A stretch of DNA of 64,000 nt from Candidatus Daviesbacteria bacterium (GCA_028715175.1 JAQUSJ010000001.1:340550-404549); one strand, 5' to 3'; counted from the first letter of the stretch, positions 9,727 to 20,852 are shown. Notes: generated from the sequence alone by a model not told the origin. Translations and numbers: made by a program.

Positions 9727-10469
9727 AGTAAATTATGGTTTTTAAAAAGTTTTGTTTTAAATCCTAATTTAGCCAAAATAAATAAGAATAATATTTTAAA
9801 TGTTCCTAAAGAATATTTTATACTATTTTTCAAACTAGCTCCTCTTTTTTTGCCGGTATAGTTTGTTTCTACAGGTACTTGAGTTATTTGAATATTTTCA
9901 TAGATGGCTTGAGCAATAAGTTCAAAGCTAAACAGGTAATCGTTTGAGTTCTCCCAGAAGTTGACTTTACTTAGCATATTCCTAGTGTACACTCTAAAGC
10001 CTTGATGGAAATCATTTAACCTAACTCCAAACACCAAGCTATCAATAGAATTAAGTAGTCTAAGAGGAATTAATTTCCAAATATACATACCATTTTCTAT
10101 CGGTCTTAATAGATTAGTAAAACGGTTGCCCAATACGAATTGGCTTCCTTGTTGAATTTGTTTTAATGCTTCCGGGATAGCCGAGGGATTATATTCTCCG
10201 TCCGGGTGGATGTCTATGATGATATCTGCTCCTTGTTCTAGAGCCAAACTTAAGGCTCTTCTCATATTACCGCCATAGCCCAGATTAACTGGATTTTTAT
10301 AGGATATAATACCTAATTTTTTTGCTAATTCAAAAGTATTATCTTTTGAGGCGTCATCAACTAAAATTATTTCATCAGCTAAATCTTTAGGGAAGTCCTT
10401 GTAAAATTTTTCTAAAGTCTTGCCAGCGTTGTAGGCTATAAATAAAACAATTGTTTTTGGTTTATGCAT
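9723..10469 (-). CDS. GT2, DPM1-like polyprenol-phosphate glycosyltransferase
   Basis: VDDASKD, NLGYGG, HPDGEY, LGNRF, DFHQGFRVY motifs. Confidence 0.8.
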   Translation of the reverse strand: MHKPKTIVLFIAYNAGKTLEKFYKDFPKDLADEIILVDDASKDNTFELAKKLGIISYKNPVNLGYGGNMRRALSLALEQGADIIIDIHPDGEYNPSAIPEALKQIQQGSQFVLGNRFTNLLRPIENGMYIWKLIPLRLLNSIDSLVFGVRLNDFHQGFRVYTRNMLSKVNFWENSNDYLFSFELIAQAIYENIQITQVPVETNYTGKKRGASLKNSIKYSLGTFKILFLFILAKLGFKTKLFKNHNLL

Positions 10470-10512
10470 ATTTCCTTTTCAGCTCCTATAAATTATACTA
10501 GTTTTCGACAGT

Positions 10513-12411
10513 ATGAGAAATAACAAATTAATATTTTGGAAAATAACAACCTTTTTTACCAAGAGAAGTTCTCTACAAATTTTTTTAATTCTTTTTCTTT
10601 TTGTATTCCTAATACAGTTCTCCTTGCTTAACATTATTTTAAAAAATGGATTTACTATGGAGGAGTGGTTATTGTTGTTTGATTACAAAACAATTGGACT
10701 AAACGCAAATTTTTTAGACAAATTTTTGAATATTTTTTATATAAAAGGCTTTTATACCACCTATCAAGTTATTTATATAGGTGTACTTGAAAGCTTATTC
10801 AAAGGCAATTATCAAGCCTATCAAATAACTAATATAATCTTTAAAGCACTAGCGACTCTCTCTCTGTATCCGCTTATACTAATAGTATTCAAGAGAAGAC
10901 TGCTGGCTTTTTTAACTACAGTGCTTTACGCAATAAGCTATTCTTCTGCAGGAGCTTTACAGTTTGTAGTCAAGGGCAGTGACTACCTGGCGATATTTTT
11001 TATGAATGTGTGCTTAATAGCATATTATTTATCTTTTAGAAAGAAAATAAAATTTTTATACATAACTGCTATTCTCTTACCTATAACTTTTCTATTTTCG
11101 CCCATTAGAATATATCCATTTTTGTCATTTATTGTTTTAGTTGAAGTTGTGATTTGGGTAAGAATCAGAGGATTATTGGGTTTAGTAACTGCATTATTAA
11201 GGTTAACATTAGTATTTTCTCTTTTTTTAATAATGGTGCTTTTGTTATCTCCAACGACAAGCGGTTACTTAAATGGGCCATTGATCGTATATAGATTTTT
11301 ATCCCATGGTAATTATCAGCTCCTATTGACCCCCTTTGCTGGATTAGGATATACGTTTTTGACAAACGATTATTGGTCATTTATATTTGGGAATGTTACT
11401 TTTGATAGTTTTAGAAATTTTTTATTCTTTTTACTTCATGGACCAATACTTATTTACTCAATTCTGGCAATATTAATGGGGATTTTAATCACTAAAAACC
11501 CTCTTCGTCTAATTTTGGGAATTATATCTGCAAATTTGCTTTTTGAAATAGTCAGCTACTTTCTAATCACCAATATTAGAGGTTCGGTTGGACCTGATGT
11601 AAAGGTTTTTGATCCAATAGGCACTTATCCAATCTTCCTTGGATTCTTCTGCTTATCGATTGCCGTATCAAGTCTAATTTTATGGTTGAGAATTCATAGG
11701 TCAAATATTTTGCTGTTGGTTCTTTTTATCGGCCCAATTTTTTCCAGTGTATTCTTGTGGGGTACGTGGTTTATCATAGGTGATATTTTAAATTTTAAAG
11801 AAGGGATACATTGGTATTTGATAATACCGCCAATAGGCAGCAGTCTATTTTTAGCCGGTTTAATGGTATTGGGATTTGATCGGATAAAGCGGATAGTTAA
11901 TTCTTATTTAAAATATACTTTGATAGGTTTTTTGTTTCTAACGATACTACCTTTATACTTGATTAGTGGTAAGGAGATTAATACAACTTTTACTGCTTTA
12001 CTTAAAACAGGATATAAAGCTTCTGATCAAGAACAAATGAAGAGCAGATTGCTTAGTTATATTAAAGAGCCTCTGGATAAGAATCCTGCACTGTTCTATT
12101 TCGAGAGCGAAGAAAAGATATTTTATCCGGTATATCTGGTTGTAGGGTTCGAACAGACAATGCTTTTTAGGAATTGGGAAGTTGTCAACGGATGCGTAGG
12201 TATTATTTACGATAAGAGTGTTCTTGAAAAGTCAGTAGCAGTAAAGGACGGTATTGAGGGATTTCAGGCAAGTAGTCTGTGTGTATCCGATTATTTCGCC
12301 GTAGAACGCCGGAATGTATTTTTTAGATCTGATAACTTTTATGCATTCAGGTTGAAAGATAAAAATGTAGTAGATATTAAAGAAGAAGTTCTTAAGAATT
12401 TGAATTTTTAA
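10513..12411 (+). CDS. Polytopic GT-C-like membrane protein (paralog family I)
   Basis: TM1 followed by acidic EEW motif; LSLYPL, HWYL..P.IG, LFYFE and C-terminal FYAFRL shared with 13588, 15336 and 27699. Confidence 0.6.
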   Translation: MRNNKLIFWKITTFFTKRSSLQIFLILFLFVFLIQFSLLNIILKNGFTMEEWLLLFDYKTIGLNANFLDKFLNIFYIKGFYTTYQVIYIGVLESLFKGNYQAYQITNIIFKALATLSLYPLILIVFKRRLLAFLTTVLYAISYSSAGALQFVVKGSDYLAIFFMNVCLIAYYLSFRKKIKFLYITAILLPITFLFSPIRIYPFLSFIVLVEVVIWVRIRGLLGLVTALLRLTLVFSLFLIMVLLLSPTTSGYLNGPLIVYRFLSHGNYQLLLTPFAGLGYTFLTNDYWSFIFGNVTFDSFRNFLFFLLHGPILIYSILAILMGILITKNPLRLILGIISANLLFEIVSYFLITNIRGSVGPDVKVFDPIGTYPIFLGFFCLSIAVSSLILWLRIHRSNILLLVLFIGPIFSSVFLWGTWFIIGDILNFKEGIHWYLIIPPIGSSLFLAGLMVLGFDRIKRIVNSYLKYTLIGFLFLTILPLYLISGKEINTTFTALLKTGYKASDQEQMKSRLLSYIKEPLDKNPALFYFESEEKIFYPVYLVVGFEQTMLFRNWEVVNGCVGIIYDKSVLEKSVAVKDGIEGFQASSLCVSDYFAVERRNVFFRSDNFYAFRLKDKNVVDIKEEVLKNLNF

Positions 12412-12434
12412 GTAAATAACTCTGATGTTAAAAT

Positions 12435-12698
12435 TTGCTTCAAAATGGCAAATTGGAAAAAGACTGTACGGCAACTTTTTATCAAGGAATAGATAAGTTG
12501 AGTAAAATAACCGTCCATGATAACAGAATAAAAGGCTTTGTTTATAGCGGACAATGCAGCCAAGGCGTTAAGGGAGGTGAAAGGGTTTTTTATCCGATTG
12601 ATAACTTTTATCCTTTTAGAATTAAAAATGGAGAAATTATTAATATAAAACAGGAAATTTTGTCCGAACTCACTTTTTTGCTACGGTTAAATAAATAG
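12435..12698 (+). pseudogene. Orphan C-terminal fragment of a family-I GT-C paralog
   Basis: Translation aligns with the last ~80 aa of 10513..12411 (DNFYPFRIK..IINIKQEILSEL vs DNFYAFRLK..VVDIKEEVLKNL). An in-frame TAA lies two codons before the TTG, and no TM domain is present. Confidence 0.7.
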
Positions 12699-13551
12699 GT
12701 GATTGTCCGACAATAAAGAAACATATCTCTACGAATGTCGAAATTATAATTAATGGAAATAATAAAATAAGAAAAATCGAATTATTAGAATCTTTAAAAA
12801 AATCAATCGGTCGCGACGGAAATAAATTTAATGTACTTGCTATAAATCCGGTAATTGTATATTCAAATGCTGGAACTCCGGAATGAGATATACTTCTAAA
12901 TTTCGATCTAGTTAAAATCTTTTCTAATCCCTTTGGAGTTAGATGTGATAAATGGCGTGGAGGATCTAAATGATACCAAAAGCGTTTAAAAATATGTGAT
13001 TCTAAGCAGTCAGCTCTCGGATATTCTACGAAAAGATAACCCCCATCATTCAGGATACTAGCTGCTTTTTTTATATATTCATGAGGGGAAACAGTATGTT
13101 CTAAACTTTCCCAAAAAACTACTGCATCAAATTTTATTTTAGGTTTCCAAGTTAAAAAATCTGTTTTTATTACATCCGGGTTTTGAATTTTAGCAGAAGG
13201 GAGATCTAAAGATGTTGCTTCAAAATTTTTGTTTAAAAATTTACTAAAGATGGCTTCCCCAGCTCCTACATCTAAAATCCTTCCTTTTTTCAAAAAATCC
13301 ATGATCCAATATTTTCGTCTAAGTTGAAAAAGGTGGTACATGGTTTTTTTCAAGATTCCGAGAAATCCTTTGGGTATCCAGTAGCTATCATTGTAATATT
13401 GACCAATATTTTTTGGAACAGGATATGTAAATCCATTTAAGCATTTTTTACAAAAGTAAATTTGGAATTCATCGCAATTAAACCTTTGAAAAGTCGGTGA
13501 ACTATTGCAATTAGGGCATTTTATCCGATGCTTGTTGTCTTTAGCTTTCAT
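12670..13551 (-). CDS. Class I SAM-dependent methyltransferase with N-terminal Zn-ribbon
   Basis: CPNC..CKKC, LDVGAGE, WESLEH, WYHLDPPRHL. Confidence 0.85.
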   Translation of the reverse strand: MKAKDNKHRIKCPNCNSSPTFQRFNCDEFQIYFCKKCLNGFTYPVPKNIGQYYNDSYWIPKGFLGILKKTMYHLFQLRRKYWIMDFLKKGRILDVGAGEAIFSKFLNKNFEATSLDLPSAKIQNPDVIKTDFLTWKPKIKFDAVVFWESLEHTVSPHEYIKKAASILNDGGYLFVEYPRADCLESHIFKRFWYHLDPPRHLSHLTPKGLEKILTRSKFRSISHSGVPAFEYTITGFIASTLNLFPSRPIDFFKDSNNSIFLILLFPLIIISTFVEICFFIVGQSPIYLTVAKK

Positions 13552-13587
13552 AATAATGGATGGTAGTTTATCATTTATCTAGAAAAA

Positions 13588-15333
13588 TTATCTTTCTTCT
13601 AGTAATTTTTGGCGTGTGATATTGGTAATATTTATCAGATTATCCTTACCCTGAAGACGAAAAGCATAAATATGGTCGATAGGAATAGGTTTTAACGGAT
13701 ATCCGTATGCCTTAAGCGATTGACCGTCTTTAACGGCAGATACTACATCCTTCCAATTATCAGTTGCTCCAGGGAATTTATCGCTTTCTGTCAGGTTATA
13801 TAAAAGAGCTATATGAAAAGGAAATCCAAACATAACCGATTCTCCCAGGATCCTAGCATTAGTTTCGTCTCTTTCGAAAAATAACAGAAACGGTTCTTTT
13901 CCGATATTTGGAATACGGGGAATAGATGACCAGATTTTGTCAACTATTTGCTGACTATGTGAGTTTAATAATTTATCAATAGATGTTCGAGTTGATGTTA
14001 TATGCAGGATTAGAAATAACGATAGTAATAAAGCCAAATAGACTTGATTTTTAAATTTCTTACCTAAGCTTATTATGATTGCCAGTAATATTGAAATACC
14101 TATTGCCGATGTTGTTAGATATCTATGGGTACTATCAATAGGGGAAGCAGGATTCCAAAGCCAAGCCATAAAGAAAGAAAATAAAGTCCATGAAAATGAT
14201 ATAAAAAGTGCAGTAAGTATGTTTTTTTGAGTTTGATACTTGAACATTAATAAAATCCATATAATAATTGCCAATCCTCCTACGATAGACATTAGAATCA
14301 TATTTGAGCTGGAGAAAGTAACAATATTTAACTTCCGGACAACAAAGACACTAAATATCCATATACTTGCAGTTATTAAGCATTTTTTTATATCATCTTT
14401 ATCAAATTTCTCAATATTTGCTTTGAATATAATTAAAAAGATTAAAAATAAAGCAATAGCAGGGAGAGTAACGGAAGATAACATATCGCTTTTTGTATTT
14501 ATTTGAATATTGGGAAAGGCGAAATTAGGGATAAACATTCCACCTATAGTTATTATTGGGTATAGAAGAAAGTCAGAGCGTCCTTCACTTAGCATTTTTT
14601 GGATTGTAGTGATACTTGAATTTAGTCTACTAAACCAATCCCCGCTATTCCCTAATGAATATCCGGAAATACCGATAGTGAGTAGTATAGTGAAAACAAA
14701 TATAACTTTAAGGAAGGAATGTTTTAAGTTATCAAATGTCTTGTTTTTAATTAACCAAAAAGCTTCTAAGGATAAAATAAATAGCGGTGCTCCAATCATT
14801 CGCTGTGATGCAGTGACACACGCAAGGTAAAAAAATATCCCGGAAAATAATAGAGTTCTTATTTTCTTAGTTTCGTGAAAAATTATGTAGAAATATAAAA
14901 AAATATTGAAGAAGGCAATTGTAAGATATGTGGGCATAGTCAGCAACCAGCCTGTGCTATCAAATCCTATTGTTGTAATTGAAAAAAACAACATAGCAAA
15001 AAAGGTAGCCAACTTATTCTTTGTGAGGTAGAAAACAAGCGGATATAGTGAGAAAGCAGCAAATAACCGAAAGATATAAGAGGTGACTTCATAGTAAAAA
15101 GCATTATTGCCAAAAAATTGATGAAGTAAACCCATGATGATATCTTGAGAACCATAAGGAGTGAGATAGTAGCTAAATAAATTCCATCCCTCTTTTGAAG
15201 GAGGATTTACATGTACGACATATCTGAAAATAGCCAACCAATCATCACCATATAAACCAATACCGAAACTTGGGATTAAGATTAAATAACTGATAATCAA
15301 TACTAATAAAAATTGCAGATAAACTAGTTTCAT
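13588..15333 (-). CDS. Polytopic GT-C-like membrane protein (paralog family I)
   Basis: YGDDW after TM1, YGSQ, FSLYPL, HRYL, GFPFHIA, YAFRLQGKDNLINIT. Confidence 0.65.
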   Translation of the reverse strand: MKLVYLQFLLVLIISYLILIPSFGIGLYGDDWLAIFRYVVHVNPPSKEGWNLFSYYLTPYGSQDIIMGLLHQFFGNNAFYYEVTSYIFRLFAAFSLYPLVFYLTKNKLATFFAMLFFSITTIGFDSTGWLLTMPTYLTIAFFNIFLYFYIIFHETKKIRTLLFSGIFFYLACVTASQRMIGAPLFILSLEAFWLIKNKTFDNLKHSFLKVIFVFTILLTIGISGYSLGNSGDWFSRLNSSITTIQKMLSEGRSDFLLYPIITIGGMFIPNFAFPNIQINTKSDMLSSVTLPAIALFLIFLIIFKANIEKFDKDDIKKCLITASIWIFSVFVVRKLNIVTFSSSNMILMSIVGGLAIIIWILLMFKYQTQKNILTALFISFSWTLFSFFMAWLWNPASPIDSTHRYLTTSAIGISILLAIIISLGKKFKNQVYLALLLSLFLILHITSTRTSIDKLLNSHSQQIVDKIWSSIPRIPNIGKEPFLLFFERDETNARILGESVMFGFPFHIALLYNLTESDKFPGATDNWKDVVSAVKDGQSLKAYGYPLKPIPIDHIYAFRLQGKDNLINITNITRQKLLEER

Positions 15334-15335
15334 AC

Positions 15336-17144
15336 TTAACGCTGGTTTTGTAAAAATTCCACTAATTTTTTTCTAGCATTATCGGTGATATTTATCAAAT
15401 TATCTTTGCCTTGAAGATGGAAGGCGTAAACGCTTGAAGGTGAGATTGGATTTAAAACACGGCCGCCAAAATGAGGTGCAAATGATTTTCCATCCAAAAC
15501 TGCAGATTCTACATCTTTCCAGACAATCATTGAAACAGGGTTCTTATTCATCTCCGGTATGTTATAAAGTATAGCCATATGAAACGGAAAACCAAAAGTA
15601 ACCGTATCATTTAATATAGATCCATTAGTCTCATCACCTTCAAAATAAAATATTAGTGGTTCCTTATTCTTACCAATTTCTGAAATATAAGGCATTTGGG
15701 ACCAAATTTTGTTACTGGTTTCAGCACTATGATTTTCTAAAAGCCTCTGAAGATGTATACGGGTATTTATTATATGTATTAGTATTAAGAAAAAAAATAA
15801 TGATAATACGATTTTTTGATACTTTTGATTTTTTACCAAAGAAACTAAAGTGGCAAGGAAAAGACTTATGCCTACTGCCGATCCAATTAGATACCGGTGA
15901 TAAGTAACCAAAAGAAAAAATGGGTCCCATAACCATGGTATTAAGAAAGCTACGACAGACCAACATAAAGATGAAAATATTGCCTGGGAGATTAATTGAT
16001 TTCGATAAAATTTATGAAGCAAATATATTCCTAATATTGATATATAACCCCCGATAAGAAGTGAAATTAAGAATTTAGGGCCTGGGAAAGTTGTTTGATT
16101 AGCAAAATAAACTACAGCAGAGATTAAACTCCATAATGCAGTAAAAACTAATGTTGTCCTGGAAGAATAAGTTTTTTTTGGAAATATTGAACGCATAATG
16201 AATAACGATATGATGGTGAATATGCTGTACACGAGCAATATCAAAAAAACTAACTGAGATTTTTTTAACGCTATCGGGAAATTATCTATAGCCGTATCAG
16301 GAATAAACATACTGCCGAATGAAATGACTGGATAAAATAGGAAGTCGAATCTGTAATTTTCTAATTGCTTGATCATCTTTGATAATGAATCTGTTGTTTG
16401 AGTAAGCAAAAAGATATTGGATTGAGGTTTTGCTTCATTTTTTTGTGTTGAGGAAAAAAAAGGATTTCCAGTAACATTAATAAATATTAAAATTAAGAAA
16501 ATAAAAGATAATCGTAAAGATACCTTTTTTAGAATTTTTTTGCTCCAATTTTGGATGATCCAAAAAAATTCAATTAAAAGAATAAATAGTAGAAGTCCAG
16601 TCATTCGAACAGGAACAGTTACAAAAGACAGATAAAAAAATAATCCTGCGTATAACAACTTTTTAACCTCTTTTTCTTCTCGTGATCTCAGGAAGTAATA
16701 TAGAAATAGATTAAAGAATGTTAGACCTATATATGAAGGAATATGAGGAAGATATTCTGTAGTTTCTAATCCAATAGTAGTGATGCAAAAAAACAACATT
16801 GCAAAAAAAGAAGCCAGTTTGCTTTTGGTGAGATAAAAAGTAAGGGGATAAAGCGAAAAAGCGACTATAATTCTTACGATCATTGAAGTCATATAATAAT
16901 AAGAAGCATGATAACCATAAATTGCCCGGAAAAAACCCATTAAAATAGCTTGTGATCCATATCTAGTTAATGCTTCATTTAAAAAATCCCTCATACTTGG
17001 AGTAGATCCTTGGGGAAATAGATAGTTATATATAGAGAATATCATCCAATCGTCGCCGTAAAAAGATAATTTAAGAGTTGGAAAGAATACTACTAGCCCG
17101 ACTAAGAAAATTATCAAGAACATTAACCATAGTTTCATTAGCAT
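15336..17144 (-). CDS. Polytopic GT-C-like membrane protein (paralog family I, tandem with 13588)
   Basis: YGDDW, YGSQ, FSLYPL, HRYL, GFPFHMA, YAFHLQGKDNLINIT. Confidence 0.65.
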   Translation of the reverse strand: MLMKLWLMFLIIFLVGLVVFFPTLKLSFYGDDWMIFSIYNYLFPQGSTPSMRDFLNEALTRYGSQAILMGFFRAIYGYHASYYYMTSMIVRIIVAFSLYPLTFYLTKSKLASFFAMLFFCITTIGLETTEYLPHIPSYIGLTFFNLFLYYFLRSREEKEVKKLLYAGLFFYLSFVTVPVRMTGLLLFILLIEFFWIIQNWSKKILKKVSLRLSFIFLILIFINVTGNPFFSSTQKNEAKPQSNIFLLTQTTDSLSKMIKQLENYRFDFLFYPVISFGSMFIPDTAIDNFPIALKKSQLVFLILLVYSIFTIISLFIMRSIFPKKTYSSRTTLVFTALWSLISAVVYFANQTTFPGPKFLISLLIGGYISILGIYLLHKFYRNQLISQAIFSSLCWSVVAFLIPWLWDPFFLLVTYHRYLIGSAVGISLFLATLVSLVKNQKYQKIVLSLFFFLILIHIINTRIHLQRLLENHSAETSNKIWSQMPYISEIGKNKEPLIFYFEGDETNGSILNDTVTFGFPFHMAILYNIPEMNKNPVSMIVWKDVESAVLDGKSFAPHFGGRVLNPISPSSVYAFHLQGKDNLINITDNARKKLVEFLQNQR

Positions 17145-17205
17145 AAAAACTACACTTTTTATAATTCAAAAGCAATATGCGTTATGGTAGTATTTATCTT
17201 TGATA

Positions 17206-18039
17206 ATGAATAATAATATGCTTGTTTCAGTAATAATTACTTCAAAAAATGAAGCTGAAGTGATCGACAATTTAATTCAGTCATTGAAGGGACAGACCCA
17301 TAAAGATTTAGAGGTTATCCTGATTGATAATAATTCAAGAGATAATACAGTAAAAATTGTTGAAAAATTAGGAATTAAAATATATAACTATGGACCAGAA
17401 AGAAGCGCACAAAGAAATTTTGGAGCAAAGAAAACTAAAGGAAGATTCCTTTTTTTTCTTGATGCTGATATGAAGCTTTCACCGACTGTAGTAGAAGAGT
17501 GCGTTAAAACGAGCATCTCCGATAAAAAAATAGGCGCTGTATTTGTGCCGGAAAGATCAGTAGCTGCAAATTTCTGGGAAAAAGTAAAAGCATTTGAAAG
17601 ATCTTTTTACAACGAAAAAGGGGATGAAATAACTGATGCTGCGAGGTTTTTTAAAAGAGAAGCGTTTGAAAAAAGTGGAGGTTATGATGAGACTATTACT
17701 GGGCCGGAAGATTGGGAATTAACAGGGAGTATTAAAGCGCTTGGTTATAAAACAGGAAGGATACGATCTGTTATTTATCATTACGAGAGGATCGATTCAC
17801 TTATCAGTTTGGTTAGAAAAAAATTTTATTATGGTCTTCGTTCGCATAGGTATTTATCTAAACAAAATGTTCCGGTTATTAGTCCGAAAACTATTTATTT
17901 CCTAAGACCTGTATTCTATAAACACTTTGATAGAATAATCGCACATCCGATATTGAGTACAGGTATGTTCATTATGTTAACAATGGAACTGTTTGCCGGC
18001 GGATCGGGGTATTTAATCGGAAAGGCGAAACGGCTTTGA
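17206..18039 (+). CDS. GT2 family glycosyltransferase
   Basis: SVII, IDNNSRD, GPERSAQRNFG, FLDAD, GPEDW. Start could be 17200, 17206 or 17218. Confidence 0.85.
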   Translation: MNNNMLVSVIITSKNEAEVIDNLIQSLKGQTHKDLEVILIDNNSRDNTVKIVEKLGIKIYNYGPERSAQRNFGAKKTKGRFLFFLDADMKLSPTVVEECVKTSISDKKIGAVFVPERSVAANFWEKVKAFERSFYNEKGDEITDAARFFKREAFEKSGGYDETITGPEDWELTGSIKALGYKTGRIRSVIYHYERIDSLISLVRKKFYYGLRSHRYLSKQNVPVISPKTIYFLRPVFYKHFDRIIAHPILSTGMFIMLTMELFAGGSGYLIGKAKRL

Positions 18040-19154
18040 AGATATTACAATTAACAGCTCATTTTAAACCTAATATTGGTGGAGTAGAAACCCATCTAAT
18101 AGATTTAGTAAATATCTTAATAAAAAAGAACTGGGAGGTAACAGTTCTTACATATAATCCTTTGACTACCCAAGTGAAATCAAAAGTCTACGAGAAAGAC
18201 CGGTCTTTAACAATAATCAGATTGCCTTGGTTTTCAGGTTTATTTTATAGATTAATTAACTATCCGATATTGGAATTTCTTTATTTACTACCAGGATTAT
18301 TTTTTGCTGCTCCGATCCTTATGGTGATAAACAACACTGATGTAATCCATGCTCATGGTCTTGTAGCCGGATTCGTTGGTGTGTTTTGGGGAAAAATATT
18401 TAGAAAAAAAGTAATTATTTCCACCCATAGTATTTATAGCTTTCCTAAGAGTGGATTATATAGAGAATTTGTTACTTTTCTTTTTAAGAACGCTGATTGT
18501 TGCTTAGGTCTCTCGAAACAATCAGGAAATGAGATTAAATCTTTAGGAATAAATGAAAAACAGGTTAAAGTTTTTACCTATTGGGTTGATTTAGATAAAT
18601 TTAAGAAAATTTTATATGCCAAAAATAAATTGAAATGGAATCAAGATTTTGTTGTCCTATTTGTAGGAAGATTGGTACACGAAAAAGGGTTAGAGGTATT
18701 GCTTGAATCCGTTAAGAGTTGGAATAAAGAGATTAAATTAAAAATAATCGGATCAGGACCTCTTGAGACTAAAGTAAGAAAAGTCGCATCGCAATTATCA
18801 AATATGGATTTTATTGAAGGTATTGATTCAAAGAACCTACCTATATATTATAGCGGGGCTGACTTGTTAATTGTTCCATCTATCTCAGAAGAAGGTTTTG
18901 GAAGAGTTATAATTGAAGCGTTGGCATGTGGTACACCAGTACTTGGAGCAAAAAGAGGAGCTATTCCAGAGGCCTTAGATGAAACAGTTGGTAAGCTTAT
19001 AGATATTAGCCCGGATGATATTAAACAAGCAGTGAACTATTTCTTTAAGTCAAAAGATAAATTAAAAATGCTTGCGAGAAATTGTCGGAATTTTGCAGAA
19101 AGGAGATATTCTGAAAAAAATGCAGAAACAATCATTAAAGCATATAGATCATAA
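18036..19154 (+). CDS. GT4 family glycosyltransferase
   Basis: PNIGGVE, FVGRLVHEKG, EEGFGRVIIEA. Confidence 0.9.
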   Translation: MKILQLTAHFKPNIGGVETHLIDLVNILIKKNWEVTVLTYNPLTTQVKSKVYEKDRSLTIIRLPWFSGLFYRLINYPILEFLYLLPGLFFAAPILMVINNTDVIHAHGLVAGFVGVFWGKIFRKKVIISTHSIYSFPKSGLYREFVTFLFKNADCCLGLSKQSGNEIKSLGINEKQVKVFTYWVDLDKFKKILYAKNKLKWNQDFVVLFVGRLVHEKGLEVLLESVKSWNKEIKLKIIGSGPLETKVRKVASQLSNMDFIEGIDSKNLPIYYSGADLLIVPSISEEGFGRVIIEALACGTPVLGAKRGAIPEALDETVGKLIDISPDDIKQAVNYFFKSKDKLKMLARNCRNFAERRYSEKNAETIIKAYRS

Positions 19155-19965
19155 TTTAAATTTTTCTCTGAAAAATGTAGGTGATATGGCATTAAAGAGA
19201 AGGGCAAAAAAGATAATTGGAGGATTGGAATTAAAAGAAGGCGATAAAGTGCTAGAGGTTGGTTGTGGCAACGGGTACTACCTCAGCTTATTAAACAGGT
19301 TAGGAATTAATTTATCTCTAACAGGAATTGATATTGATGAATTGGCTTTGAAAGATGCAAAGAAATTTATTAATGACAAAAAAGTTAAACTGATAAAGGC
19401 GAGTGCGTCTAAAATTCCATTCCCAAATAATACTTTTGATAAAATTGTGATGAGTGAGGTGATAGAGCATGTTACCGATGATGAAAAAAATGTTTTAAAA
19501 GAAGCCTATCGGGTTTTAAAAAAAGATGGAATTCTTGCTTTGACAACAAATAATATTAATTATCCATTTTTATGGGATCCGGTAAATTGGATATTGCAAC
19601 ATTTTTTTAATACACATTTTAAATCAGGGTTTTGGGCTGGAATTTGGAATCAACATGACAGGCTTTATAAAAAGGAGCGAGTTGAAAAGTTAATGAAGTA
19701 TGCTGGTTTTGAAATTAACCAAAGCGAATCTCTAACATTTTGGTGTTTACCTTTTAATCATTATATTGTGAATTTAATAGCTAAACTTTTTTATTCAAAT
19801 AAATTGCCTAAAAGCATAGCTAAGGGAATGAATAAATTTCAAAATAATAAACAACCCTTTTTAATAAAAGCAACGTTTAGTTTTATCAATTTAATTGATA
19901 TGTTAAATGATGTTATGCCCCAAAAATCCGGGGTATCAATATTCGTCAAAGCCCAGAAAAGATGA
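19120..19965 (+). CDS. Class I SAM-dependent methyltransferase
   Basis: LEVGCGNG, GIDID, PFPNNTFD, EVIEHV. ATG 19120 is preferred over TTG 19072. Confidence 0.85.
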   Translation: MQKQSLKHIDHNLNFSLKNVGDMALKRRAKKIIGGLELKEGDKVLEVGCGNGYYLSLLNRLGINLSLTGIDIDELALKDAKKFINDKKVKLIKASASKIPFPNNTFDKIVMSEVIEHVTDDEKNVLKEAYRVLKKDGILALTTNNINYPFLWDPVNWILQHFFNTHFKSGFWAGIWNQHDRLYKKERVEKLMKYAGFEINQSESLTFWCLPFNHYIVNLIAKLFYSNKLPKSIAKGMNKFQNNKQPFLIKATFSFINLIDMLNDVMPQKSGVSIFVKAQKR

Positions 19966-20852
19966 AAAAACCAATTGTTTCAATAATAATTCCAACTTAT
20001 TATGCATCTTTATATATCTTAGAGATTGCGCTAAAAAGCATAGCTAATCAGACGTGCTCGAAGAGTTTTTATGAGGTAATTATAGCTGATAATAATGGAG
20101 GCGAGGCAGTAAAGAGATTAGCAAAAAAATATGGAACACAAGTGATAAAGGTAGAGGGTAAGCCACCTCAAACTTGTAACCAGGTAAATTTAGGGGCAAA
20201 AAATGCTAGAGGTAGTTATATATTTATATTAGATCATGATATTGAGTTGAGCCCTAATCTCATAAAGAATTTTGTGAAATTAAGATCCATTAAAAGTGAT
20301 GTAGATGCTTGGTTTGTTCCATATAAAATTGTAGCCCGGGGGTATTTGTTAAATAGAATCAGAAATTTTGAAGAAAAATTTTATAAGAATTCAGTTGTGG
20401 CTGCAGCGCGAATTATTAAAAAGAATATTTTTTGGCAAACAGAGAAACAGTATGATCCATTACTTAATGCGGGGCCCGGAGATTGGGATTTAACTAATCA
20501 ACTAAGATTAATTGGTGCAAAATTCGATTACATCGGAGATTACGTTTATCATCATGAAGAAAACTTAGATTTTTGGAATTTTATTATAAAAAAAACAATT
20601 TACAGTAGGGGTGGTGAGGTCTATAAAAAAAAATGGAGAGAGAAAAATTTGAAAATCTACAATGATATAGTTAAAAAACAATATAGTCCTTTTTATCGGT
20701 TTTTTTGGATTTTTATTGAGAGAGCGAAATGGCGAAATCTTTTTCCAAAATTACCCCTATATTTTCTTTTTCTTCTCATTAAAATTAGTATGGCAGTTAG
20801 TTATCTATATAAGTTGAAAAGTCCGCGTTGTGAAAGTTCTAGCCATTTTTAA
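19962..20852 (+). CDS. GT2 family glycosyltransferase
   Basis: SIIIPTY, ADNN, LDHD, GPGDWD; related to 17206..18039. Confidence 0.8.
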   Translation: MKKPIVSIIIPTYYASLYILEIALKSIANQTCSKSFYEVIIADNNGGEAVKRLAKKYGTQVIKVEGKPPQTCNQVNLGAKNARGSYIFILDHDIELSPNLIKNFVKLRSIKSDVDAWFVPYKIVARGYLLNRIRNFEEKFYKNSVVAAARIIKKNIFWQTEKQYDPLLNAGPGDWDLTNQLRLIGAKFDYIGDYVYHHEENLDFWNFIIKKTIYSRGGEVYKKKWREKNLKIYNDIVKKQYSPFYRFFWIFIERAKWRNLFPKLPLYFLFLLIKISMAVSYLYKLKSPRCESSSHF

